This document shows positions 41,501-49,599 of a DNA stretch of 64,000 bases, one piece after another; the first letter of the stretch is position 1, and each line of letters starts with the position of its first letter. The stretch lies in contig JAZNUV010000040.1 in the NCBI GenBank assembly GCA_045592445.1, forward strand, positions 864 through 64,863. Reading direction: 5' to 3'. The position numbers were made by a program, and so were the translations under genes. Under the pieces are notes generated by a model. The model worked only from the letters and a program-made list of their open reading frames with translations. It did not search any database and was not told where the DNA came from. The DNA is from Clostridia bacterium (GTDB taxonomy: Bacteria > Bacillota > Clostridia > UMGS1883 > UMGS1540).

Positions 41501-44500
41501 TCTTCTGCTTATTATGATTTTCTTGCCAGTGAGGCAAGACAAGCAAGTTTTATTGCCATTGCGCTTGGGCAAATTCCCGCAAAGCACTGGTTCTCTTTGG
41601 GGCGCGGATTAACTGCATCGGATGGATATAAAGGGCTTATGTCTTGGTCAGGCACTATGTTTGAGTATTTTATGCCGCTTCTCATTATGAGAACATACCG
41701 TGGTACGCTTTTAGACGAAACCTATCGCTTTGCTTTAAATTGCCAGAAACGGTATGGCAGGCGGAGACGTATTCCGTGGGGTGTATCTGAATCCGGATTT
41801 TTTGGATTTGATTCTGACGGGAGCTACCAATACAAAGCATTTGGTGTGCCTTCGCTCGGTCTTGTCCGTCAGACAGATGATGATGTCGTTATCGCCCCTT
41901 ACGCAACTCTTTTAGCGCTGATGATAGACCCCCGTACCGCACTACAAAATATGTCTCTGCTAAAAAAGGCAGGCGTATATGGTGAGTATGGCTTTTATGA
42001 AGCAGTAGATTATACGCCTTCTCGCATGCACGGAAATATGCGCCGCGGTATTGTTAAAAGTTATATGGCGCACCACGCAGGCATGTCTTTAGCTGCGATT
42101 ACAAACGTTTTGGCTGATAATATTCTGCAGCAATATTTTCATGCATATCCAAAAGTGCATGCATATGAGCCATTTTTAAAGGAACGTATACCCTTGCGCA
42201 CACAGGTTATGCAAGCACGAAACGAGCGCGTTCTGCCTGTCCGTTCACGTTATAAAGCACAAAACACATGTGTACGTTCATTTATGCGTTCAGATACACT
42301 TCCCCGCCCCATTACGTTTTTGTCAAACGGCAGTTATCATCTTTTAATAGACAGTTCAGGTTTCGGCTACAGTTCACTTGACACGGTTCAATTTAACAAA
42401 TTTTATCCCGCTCGTGGTGGTGGAGAATCTGTGTATGTTGTAAATCCTACGACTCATGACGTATGGGACGGATACGGAGAACGATGTACCTTTTCGGGAC
42501 ATGCTGCGGAATACTTTGGTTCGCATGGTAATATCGAAACTGTATTATCTGTCACAGTATGTCCTGATGATAATTGTGCTTCACGCCGCATTACAATTAT
42601 CAATAAATCTGGAAAAAGACGCGTTTTTGAAGTTTATTATTATACGGATATCTGTTTAACTGTTCCCTCCGCCGCACTTGCACACAACACCTTCTCAAAT
42701 CTATTTGTCACAACAAAAATGGAAGCAGATGTTCTATATGCAGAAAGACGGCAAAGAAGTAATAACGAAAAAACATTTATTGGCTTTTTGACTGCATATA
42801 CAGAGGGTAACTCCATCGGAGAAATTCAATTCGATACAGACAGATTGTCATTTTGTGGGCGTGAGGGCATTTCACCCATGACATTTGAAGGAACGGATAT
42901 CCTCGCAGGCAGACAAGGTATTGTGTTAGACCCTTGTTTTGCCGTAAAGCTTCGAATTTCTATAGAAAGCGGTGAAAGCGGCTCCGTCACCTTCCTTTCG
43001 GGCATGGCGGAAACACATGAAAAAGCAGCTTCTATTACGAAAAAATATAAAAAAAATCCAATAAATTTCAAAGAAGCAGCTGCATTGTACGTTAAGAATA
43101 ACTTACCTGTAAATTTCAAAGAGAGCGAAGAAATTGATATTATGCATATTGCAGGCTATATGCTCTATGGTAATAATCCCGACCTATCTCTGTACAGAGA
43201 GAAAAACACGAAAATGCGAAATACCTTGTGGAAAATGGGGATATCGGGCGACTATCCAATCTTAACGGTAAAAATTAGTAAAGAAGAAAATGCAGAAATT
43301 TTATCTACGCTTGTAAAAGCGCAAAAATATTGGCTGTATAACGGGTTCCGAACTGACCTTGTTGTTTTTTGTGATGAACCCGGCGGCTACACGATGCCAA
43401 TTTACCAAATGGCAAGTAAAATGAAAAATACAGGCATATTTATCTTGAAACGATGCGATGTAGATGCAGGCGATATAAATTTTTTATATGCTGTCTCCTC
43501 TGTGTATATTGATAGTGAAAAAAACGGAATCAAAAATATTCCACCCTATCCTGCTATCCCCCAAAAACGTTTGCCTTTAAAAGAGAATCACCACGATAAA
43601 AAACCTGATATACCCCCACTTGTCTATATGAACGGATACGGCGGGTTTCATAAAGAAAATTCCGAATACGTTATAATACAAACAAAAGGCGGTTCCACAC
43701 CCATGCCCTGGGTCCATGTTATTGCAAATCCGTCTTTTGGGTTTATAGCAGGCGAATCAGGCGGCGGTAACACTTGGTGCGATAACAGTCATGCCTTCCG
43801 TATATCACCTTGGTATAACGATGCAGTATTAGACCCAATGGGAGAACGACTTTTTCTCTTTGACGAAAATGATATTTGGTCACCCATGGCAGGCACATTC
43901 CGTGAGGAAGGCCATTTTATGACGCGCTACGGCTTTGGCTATGCAGTATATACACGTATTACGCGCGATTTATTTCATGAGGCGACACTCTTCACACCCC
44001 CTACGGGCAAGAAAAAAATCATTTGTCTGCATATCCGAAACGAGGGTAAATCTACACGCCGATTTCATGTACAATATGAATTTGTGCCCGTACTTGGCGT
44101 GATCGAAAAAGCGGATGATATAAAAATCAAAGTTGAAAAAAACTGTGTTTATGCAGAAAACGCAATGACAAATCCGAATCTATCCGTATATCTTTCGGGT
44201 GGAGATGACTCGATATGCAATGGCGACGGGCATCTTGTCCGGGCAAAAAAAGAAATTGAACTAAAACCCAATGAAACAGCAGAAGTTGTTTTTGTACTCG
44301 GTGCAGACAACACTCCTATCGTGAATGCGGAAACGGCCCTGTCCGAAACCAAAGCATGGTGGAAAAATCTTCTCAGCGGTATTTCTGTGGAAACAGATAC
44401 AGTTGCAGATGACCTTTTGCTTTCCGGATGGCTCTTGTACCAGACGGTAGCCTGTCGTTTATTTGCAAAGTCAGCATTCTATCAGTCTGGAGGTGCCACA

Positions 44501-45811
44501 GGATTCCGCGACCAGTTGCAAGATGCTCTGGCACTTTTGTATACGGCACCCGAAATGGTTAAACAACAAATACTCTATCATGCAGCCTATCAATTTCAGG
44601 AAGGCGATGTGTTTCATTGGTGGCATCACGACGAACGAGGTGTTCGCACAAGATTTACGGATGACAGATTATGGCTTCCTTATACACTCTGTCGCTATCT
44701 CGAGGTGACAGAGGATGAAAGTATCTTGGATGCCCCTGTTTCCTTTATAATAGAGCCGCCTTTAGAACCCCACGAGGAAGAACGCTATACGTTTGTAAAA
44801 GAAAGAACTGCACCCCATCCCCTATATGAGCATGCTGTAAGAGCAATTGAAATTTCTCTTTCAAAAGGACAACACGGCTTACCGCTTATGGGTGGCGGAG
44901 ATTGGAATGACGGCATGAACGCTGTCGGCATACGCGGTGAAGGAGAAAGTGTTTGGCTAGGTTGGTTTTTAAAACACGTACTTGAACTTTTTATTCCAAT
45001 CGCCGAAAAACGTGGTGATATTGAACGTGCCAAAAGGTACAAACACGAAATGCATTTACTCTTAGAAGCGCTTGAAGCAACCTGGGATAATACACATTAT
45101 GCACGTGCATATTTTGACAGCGGCGCACCTCTCGGCACCTCCGACTCTACGGAATGTTCGATTGATGCCATCAGTCAGGCATGGGCAGTCATTGCAGGCG
45201 GCGGGCGTGTCTCCAGACAAAAAACTGCAATGGATACTCTTTACAGCACGCTTGTAGACCGTGAGAAAGGAATTATACGGCTTCTTGCTCCACCCTTTCA
45301 AAACAGCAAAGAAAGCCCCGGCTACATTCAAAGCTATCCTGCCGGCATACGAGAAAATGGCGGTCAATATACGCATGGGGCAATATGGGTTGCCATAGCA
45401 TTTGCAATGCTTGGAAATCCTGCTCGGGCTTTGGAATTGTTTCGAATGTTAAATCCTGTTTTAAGGTCGGAAACCCGTGTAAGTGCAAATATATATAAAG
45501 CTGAGCCTTATGTAATGACAGCGGATATCTACACGGCAAGAGATCATGTCGGACGCGGTGGCTGGAGTTGGTATACGGGTGCCGCGTCATGGATGTATCA
45601 GCTTGGCATACAATATATACTTGGCTTTAAAAAACAGGGAAATATTGTTTCCTTTAAACCTTGCCTCCCTCCTGAAAAATTAGGGTTTACGCTTCGATAT
45701 CGTTACAAATCTTCTATGTATATTTTCCACGTGCACGGCAATTCCGAAGATCCCATTGTACTTTCGGATGATGGAAAAACACATGAAATTACAATTGGTA
45801 AAAAAGAATAA
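38570..45811 (+). CDS. giant multidomain glycosyltransferase/glycoside-hydrolase-like protein resembling cyclic beta-1,2-glucan synthase (TM - GT84-like - TM - (alpha/alpha)6 glucoamylase-like - GH94-like)
   Basis: ATG 38570 with GGGAGGA RBS; the track's GTG extension is discarded. Processive-GT motifs LTLDDDT and QHRWIRGDWQIMPW; at least six predicted TM helices; PTNIGFG...YNWYDT middle domain; C-terminal GGATGFRDQLQDALAL...DVFHWWH and GGGDWNDGMN motifs. Confidence 0.8.
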   Translation: MRQSIKKSFFQIKKTYLSLKTENKTMKSGSDAEWLSDNFYIFEQEYLAVKTIHPKGLNAKKAVQTMSRFIESFFAKHDYLLEESSLKSALDEAQKTSYFSSCALRMLPYCIRKALLTRAAVLCRTPQKDGLFKNIIFSFLALRNINMEKIFASHSVVDSIFSTDLIYEEMTENTKETYRKIITNLALKSKKSEHDVANAVVSLTKKKKGSAAHVGFFLIGNGRDELQDVLHLKRQKKINKSLIYILSVLSLTLLTGLSLFYITRQILWTLLSLIPISEIIVTLLQYVVLKSTPVRELPAIKSENCVSEPVLIVYPTLLSSAKKAEEMAKKLETAYLANCNHNLHFAILGDFKDANEKNEDTAIPNAASNAIRNLNAQYGDRFYFLHRSQVYSKAQKKWMGWERKRGALSDLNNFLRGEYTFEYTEGRIQNLQNLQNINYVLTLDDDTLLPPDSVTRLLGIALHPLNKPIIQNGIVTNGYGIIQPRICVRIESAWKTLFSRIFAGQGGIDTYHTSVSEFYMDLFGETVFTGKGLYHVDTFRKCMSIPPDTVLSHDLLEGNYVRCALASDVQVFDGFPHRFPAYVIRQHRWIRGDWQIMPWLFKFVRTENGDKVKNPLSVLSKWKIFENLRRSVTPIFQLILILFGNPLSVLTAFASLLFPMLLYCIDAILQKSFLYMGEKIYTFLIYGFRGILYQFTLSVAFLAQNAYYAFHAVVTGIYRTITHKKTLEWVTAADADTNGIFTLASSCIFMLPSVVIGLICLLLVLNGFFESGIKLILGIVFIIAPVLLYITGQESETKTPVLSKKREMLLRETAKHTWNFFRDYMTEEDHFLPPDNIQIKPYKGIAHRTSPTNIGFGMIACLCAYHLSFITAQELETRLTRTIDTIESLDKWKGHLYNWYDTKTLSPLSPRYISTVDSGNFVCYLIVVMMGISSIFDKSHPLIKRLQRLIENTNFIPLYNAKKNLFAIGFSVDENKLSSAYYDFLASEARQASFIAIALGQIPAKHWFSLGRGLTASDGYKGLMSWSGTMFEYFMPLLIMRTYRGTLLDETYRFALNCQKRYGRRRRIPWGVSESGFFGFDSDGSYQYKAFGVPSLGLVRQTDDDVVIAPYATLLALMIDPRTALQNMSLLKKAGVYGEYGFYEAVDYTPSRMHGNMRRGIVKSYMAHHAGMSLAAITNVLADNILQQYFHAYPKVHAYEPFLKERIPLRTQVMQARNERVLPVRSRYKAQNTCVRSFMRSDTLPRPITFLSNGSYHLLIDSSGFGYSSLDTVQFNKFYPARGGGESVYVVNPTTHDVWDGYGERCTFSGHAAEYFGSHGNIETVLSVTVCPDDNCASRRITIINKSGKRRVFEVYYYTDICLTVPSAALAHNTFSNLFVTTKMEADVLYAERRQRSNNEKTFIGFLTAYTEGNSIGEIQFDTDRLSFCGREGISPMTFEGTDILAGRQGIVLDPCFAVKLRISIESGESGSVTFLSGMAETHEKAASITKKYKKNPINFKEAAALYVKNNLPVNFKESEEIDIMHIAGYMLYGNNPDLSLYREKNTKMRNTLWKMGISGDYPILTVKISKEENAEILSTLVKAQKYWLYNGFRTDLVVFCDEPGGYTMPIYQMASKMKNTGIFILKRCDVDAGDINFLYAVSSVYIDSEKNGIKNIPPYPAIPQKRLPLKENHHDKKPDIPPLVYMNGYGGFHKENSEYVIIQTKGGSTPMPWVHVIANPSFGFIAGESGGGNTWCDNSHAFRISPWYNDAVLDPMGERLFLFDENDIWSPMAGTFREEGHFMTRYGFGYAVYTRITRDLFHEATLFTPPTGKKKIICLHIRNEGKSTRRFHVQYEFVPVLGVIEKADDIKIKVEKNCVYAENAMTNPNLSVYLSGGDDSICNGDGHLVRAKKEIELKPNETAEVVFVLGADNTPIVNAETALSETKAWWKNLLSGISVETDTVADDLLLSGWLLYQTVACRLFAKSAFYQSGGATGFRDQLQDALALLYTAPEMVKQQILYHAAYQFQEGDVFHWWHHDERGVRTRFTDDRLWLPYTLCRYLEVTEDESILDAPVSFIIEPPLEPHEEERYTFVKERTAPHPLYEHAVRAIEISLSKGQHGLPLMGGGDWNDGMNAVGIRGEGESVWLGWFLKHVLELFIPIAEKRGDIERAKRYKHEMHLLLEALEATWDNTHYARAYFDSGAPLGTSDSTECSIDAISQAWAVIAGGGRVSRQKTAMDTLYSTLVDREKGIIRLLAPPFQNSKESPGYIQSYPAGIRENGGQYTHGAIWVAIAFAMLGNPARALELFRMLNPVLRSETRVSANIYKAEPYVMTADIYTARDHVGRGGWSWYTGAASWMYQLGIQYILGFKKQGNIVSFKPCLPPEKLGFTLRYRYKSSMYIFHVHGNSEDPIVLSDDGKTHEITIGKKE

Positions 45812-45897
45812 AAAAATTTTTTATACCGGGCATGTTTTTTTGAAAAAAGTAAATACTGATATTGTATTATCAATTTTAAATGGGAGGATGTGTGAAA

Positions 45898-46080
45898 ATG
45901 ACACCAAAAGAACTTCTTTATCTCGAAGATTCCCTCGGCATGGAAGAGCAACTTCAAACCAAATGCAACGATTACGCTTCCAAAATCCAGGACGAGTCCT
46001 TAAAAAACACATTAACACAGCTTGCATCTCAGCATCAGCAACACTATAATTGTCTTTTATCACAACTAAAATCTAATTAA
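45898..46080 (+). CDS. CotF-related small spore coat protein (short form)
   Basis: 61 aa; GGGAGG RBS; pattern LxxED...EEQLQTKCNDYASKIQD..LKNTLTQLASQHQQHYNCLLSQL resembles the N-terminal half of the Coat F domain. Confidence 0.55.
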   Translation: MTPKELLYLEDSLGMEEQLQTKCNDYASKIQDESLKNTLTQLASQHQQHYNCLLSQLKSN

Positions 46081-46096
46081 AGAAAGGGTGATTTTT

Positions 46097-46357
46097 ATGG
46101 CAGCAAAGCAAAATATGACGGACCGCGAGTATATGGATGATATACTTTTAACCTCCAAAACACTTTCTAATCTTTATCACTACGCAGTGCAGGAATCGCC
46201 CACGGATAAACTGCATTATGAGTTTAAAAACATTTTAAATCAATCACTTGAAATGCAGCATAATATTTATTCGGTGATGACAGATAAGGGTTGGTATCAA
46301 ACCACACAGGCACCCGAGCAGCAAATCAATCAGGTTATTACGAAATTTTCAAACTAA
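46097..46357 (+). CDS. cotF: spore coat protein F (Coat F domain)
   Basis: 86 aa: MTDREYMDDILLTSKTLSNLYHYAVQES...LEMQHNIYSVMTDKGWY matches the Coat F domain consensus. Confidence 0.65.
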   Translation: MAAKQNMTDREYMDDILLTSKTLSNLYHYAVQESPTDKLHYEFKNILNQSLEMQHNIYSVMTDKGWYQTTQAPEQQINQVITKFSN

Positions 46358-46365
46358 CCATATGC

Positions 46366-46412
46366 AGAACAAAAGGCGGCAGAACAATTTATGTTCCGCC
46401 GCCTTACCGTTT
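46366..46412. terminator. bidirectional terminator between cotF and convergent dedA
   Basis: AAGGCGGC...GCCGCCTT stem followed by ACCGTTTATTT. Confidence 0.5.
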
Positions 46413-46449
46413 ATTTAGCAAATCAATGACATGCATTCTCGCAAATCTG

Positions 46450-47058
46450 TTACTTGCGTCCTTTTTTCCTTTTTACAAAAAACCAAATCGCAACTATGAT
46501 AACAACCAATAAAATGACTGCCTTTAAAATCCATTCAATATATATCATTCCTTGTTCCCATGCTTCACCGCATAAGGAACCGGCGATCGATAAAATGGTA
46601 TTCCAAACAGCGCTTCCCAAAAAAGTCAATATCAAAAAAGAACTAAGATTCATTTCTGATATACCGGCAGGAATAGAAATCAAACTCCGCACAATCGGAA
46701 TACAACGACAAAGCAACACTGCTTTGTGCTCATATCTTACAAAAAAACGGTCCGCCTTTTCAATGTGTTCTGCATTTATATGCAATAATTTACCAACTTT
46801 CCCTGCACACAACTTTTTCAGCCGTTCTTTTTTGAGCGCCTTTCCTATGTAGTACAAAAGCAAAGCCCCGAAAAGAGACCCAACGCTGGCTGCAAACGCA
46901 ACTCCAAACACATTCATATTCGTATGCGTTGTCATAAAGCCACCAAATACTAAAACAAGTTCTGACGGAATTGGCGGGAAAATGTTTTCAACGAAAATCA
47001 AAAGACCGATTCCCAAATATCCATATGTATTGATTAACTCGATTAAAAAATCCTGCAT
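46450..47058 (-). CDS. DedA family membrane protein
   Basis: LGIGLLIFVENIFPPIPSELVLVFGGF DedA signature. Confidence 0.85.
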   Translation of the reverse strand: MQDFLIELINTYGYLGIGLLIFVENIFPPIPSELVLVFGGFMTTHTNMNVFGVAFAASVGSLFGALLLYYIGKALKKERLKKLCAGKVGKLLHINAEHIEKADRFFVRYEHKAVLLCRCIPIVRSLISIPAGISEMNLSSFLILTFLGSAVWNTILSIAGSLCGEAWEQGMIYIEWILKAVILLVVIIVAIWFFVKRKKGRK

Positions 47059-47086
47059 GACTTTCTCCGCTATACGCTTACCTTTC

Positions 47087-47707
47087 TCAGGTGTTTTTCA
47101 TAATAACACTTTCAATTATGTCCACTACGTCCTCGCAAGCATCCAGGCATAGCTCTAAATGCTCATAAATATCCGTCCATACAAAAAGTTCTCTATCGGA
47201 TGCATTGGATACCGATAGCTCGCGAATGCCATCAACCAAAAGCTTATCGCCTTCACTTTCGCAGTTATTTACAGCTACAATTTTCTCTTTTATAGTTTGC
47301 GAATGCTTAAAGTTTTTAAACTCGGCAAGTACGCCATCAAGTTCTTTTGCGCACTTTATAATGCTGTCAGCAAATAAAATAGCATCCTTACGAATATCCT
47401 GAATGTTAAACATATAAATGCGAAGCAATACATCTTCCAAATAGTCAACAACCGTATCCATCTGTTGCGCTAATGAAACAATATCCTCTCGTTCTATGGG
47501 TGTAATAAATTCATGCGCGAGCATAGCCGTCATTTCATGTCTTGTGCAGTCAGCACGATGCTCAATTTCATGAAGTGTATCAAGCTTTTCTTGCAAGGAA
47601 TTTGAATCAAATTCATGAAGGGCAGTATGTAAATACTCCGCACCCTCACAAATGATTTCTGAAACCTCTTTAAAATAGTTAAAATAGTCAAATCTCTTTT
47701 TAGCCAT
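47087..47707 (-). CDS. DUF47 (PhoU-like) phosphate-transport regulator family protein
   Basis: 206-aa helical protein adjacent to the PiT transporter gene, in the classic pit/DUF47 pairing. Confidence 0.7.
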   Translation of the reverse strand: MAKKRFDYFNYFKEVSEIICEGAEYLHTALHEFDSNSLQEKLDTLHEIEHRADCTRHEMTAMLAHEFITPIEREDIVSLAQQMDTVVDYLEDVLLRIYMFNIQDIRKDAILFADSIIKCAKELDGVLAEFKNFKHSQTIKEKIVAVNNCESEGDKLLVDGIRELSVSNASDRELFVWTDIYEHLELCLDACEDVVDIIESVIMKNT

Positions 47708-47732
47708 GTTTATTTCTCCTTTATGTAAAAAT

Positions 47733-48785
47733 TTAGAATATTATCAAGAATAATTTTACCATAAAATACGCCAAAAGACCGCAACCGGGAAATGTTAAGA
47801 CCCACGTCATAACCATCTCCCCAACTATTTTCCAATTCACGGCAGAAGCACGTTTAGAAAATCCGACACCCATAATAGAAGAGGTTTTTGTATGCGTTGT
47901 GCTGACAGGAATACCGGTCAGGGATGCTAAAAGCAAACAAAACGCTGCACTCGTGTCCGCTGCAAAGCCTTGATACGTCTTAAGCCGTACCATATCCATA
48001 CCGACGGATTTTATAATTTTATATCCACCCATTGATGTGCCAAGTGCCATAACAATGGAGCAAACTGCCATCAGCCAAAGCGGGATATCAAACTCTGATG
48101 CGCCACTTTGCCCGCCGCTAAGTGCAGATCCAAGCAAAAATACACCCATAAACTTTTGCCCGTCCTGTGCACCATGCATAAAAGCCATTGCGGCACCACC
48201 GCAGTTTTGCGCAATACGAAAGCCTTTATTCGCTTTCATTCTGTCACATCTCGAAAAAAGTTTTTCGACAACGCGAAGCATAACAAAACCAACCAAAAAT
48301 CCCAAAATAGTGGACAAAACCAAACCATAAATTACCTTTATCCACTCACTGCCGCTAATGCCGTCAATACTGCCATGAATCGCAATCGCAGCGCCTGAAA
48401 GGCCGGCAATCAATGCATGACTCTCACTTGTCGGAATTCCAAATTTCCACGCAGCTGTCGCCCATACAACAATCGCAAAAAGTGCAGCACAAAGCCCTGT
48501 TGTAGCCTCGGTTGGATTGCTCCCAAAATCCACCATTTTACTGATGGTTTCTGCAACCCGCCCGTTAATCATCGTCATAACAAACACACCGAGAAAATTA
48601 AATACAGCTGCCATAATAATAGCACTTCTTGGTTTTATAGATCTTGTGGACACGCAAGTTGCAATCGCGTTTGGTGCATCGGTCCATCCATTTACAAGAA
48701 TTACACCCAAAGTTAAAAGTGCGGTAATAATAGCAAGAGGGTTTCCTTTTACTGATTCAATATATTGTAAAATACCCGTTGTCAT
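47733..48785 (-). CDS. pit: inorganic phosphate transporter, PiT family
   Basis: PHO4 signature GWTDAPNAIAT repeated in both halves (GAQDGQKFMG). Confidence 0.9.
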   Translation of the reverse strand: MTTGILQYIESVKGNPLAIITALLTLGVILVNGWTDAPNAIATCVSTRSIKPRSAIIMAAVFNFLGVFVMTMINGRVAETISKMVDFGSNPTEATTGLCAALFAIVVWATAAWKFGIPTSESHALIAGLSGAAIAIHGSIDGISGSEWIKVIYGLVLSTILGFLVGFVMLRVVEKLFSRCDRMKANKGFRIAQNCGGAAMAFMHGAQDGQKFMGVFLLGSALSGGQSGASEFDIPLWLMAVCSIVMALGTSMGGYKIIKSVGMDMVRLKTYQGFAADTSAAFCLLLASLTGIPVSTTHTKTSSIMGVGFSKRASAVNWKIVGEMVMTWVLTFPGCGLLAYFMVKLFLIIF

Positions 48786-48932
48786 CCTCTCCTTTGTGAA
48801 AAAATATTTTTATGTAAAGTTGTTTCCAACATTATTATAAAATAAAAATTTACATATAAATTTTCTTTTTGATTTTATCATACAGGACAATATAAGTCAA
48901 GAATTTTATATTGATTCCCGTGAAAATTATTC

Positions 48933-48976
48933 TTGTCAATATTTCTTTTATATGCTATACTGAAAAAGAAATATTG
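48933..48976 (+). promoter_or_regulatory. tetR-family gene promoter (TTGTCA-17-TATACT) overlapped by 12-bp inverted repeat (candidate autoregulatory operator)
   Basis: -35 48933..48938, -10 48956..48961. Inverted-repeat arms CAATATTTCTTT 48937..48948 and AAAGAAATATTG 48965..48976. Confidence 0.5.
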
Positions 48977-48996
48977 ATATTTGATGAGGTGCACTT

Positions 48997-49497
48997 ATGG
49001 CAAATGTAGAAATCACGAAATATGCTATGGCACATTCCATGCAACAGCTTATGGAAACGGTGCCTTTTTCAAAAATTAGCATATCCGATATTTGCCGTCA
49101 AATCGGCATGAGTCGTAAGAGTTTTTATTATCATTTTAAAGATAAATATGACATGATGATCTGGATTTTCAATACAGAATGTTTTTCCAAATGTGAAAGT
49201 AAAGCATCTTGGGATAAATTAGAATATATTTGCACCTATCTTTATAAAAACCGCACCTTTTATGCAAAAGCGCTTTCTGTGGAAGGTCAAAATTCTCTAA
49301 GTGAATATTTTGCGCAAATTATGCTCCCGCATATGGCTTATATGAAGGAGGAAAACGATGGGAAAACTCCTACTGTTTTCGAGTTTTATAAAGATGCGCT
49401 CTTGTTGTCACTCCGAAAGTGGTTAACTATATATAAAGCGGTCACCCCTGAAGCATATGTACTTTTTTTAAAAGGTATTTTTTCCAATCTTTCATAA
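48997..49497 (+). CDS. TetR/AcrR family transcriptional regulator (DhaS-like subgroup)
   Basis: HTH with FYYHFKDKYDMMIWIF motif; GAGGTG RBS. Confidence 0.8.
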   Translation: MANVEITKYAMAHSMQQLMETVPFSKISISDICRQIGMSRKSFYYHFKDKYDMMIWIFNTECFSKCESKASWDKLEYICTYLYKNRTFYAKALSVEGQNSLSEYFAQIMLPHMAYMKEENDGKTPTVFEFYKDALLLSLRKWLTIYKAVTPEAYVLFLKGIFSNLS

Positions 49498-49504
49498 GAA
49501 AAGG

Positions 49505-49533
49505 TTGACATTGCGATAAGAAAGCAATATAAT
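49505..49533 (+). promoter_or_regulatory. perfect sigma-A consensus promoter upstream of ddl (TTGACA-17-TATAAT)
   Basis: TTGACA 49505..49510, 17-nt spacer, TATAAT 49528..49533. Confidence 0.6.
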
Positions 49534-49599
49534 TATTGGATAGAAAGCATGATATTTTATTCTGTGCATAAAATAAATAAAAAACAGGAGCGATACACT

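Noticed and set aside
45812-45897. AAAAAATTTTTT palindrome after the giant gene as a terminator
   Set aside because: It is a pure A/T palindrome with no GC stem and would not form a stable hairpin.
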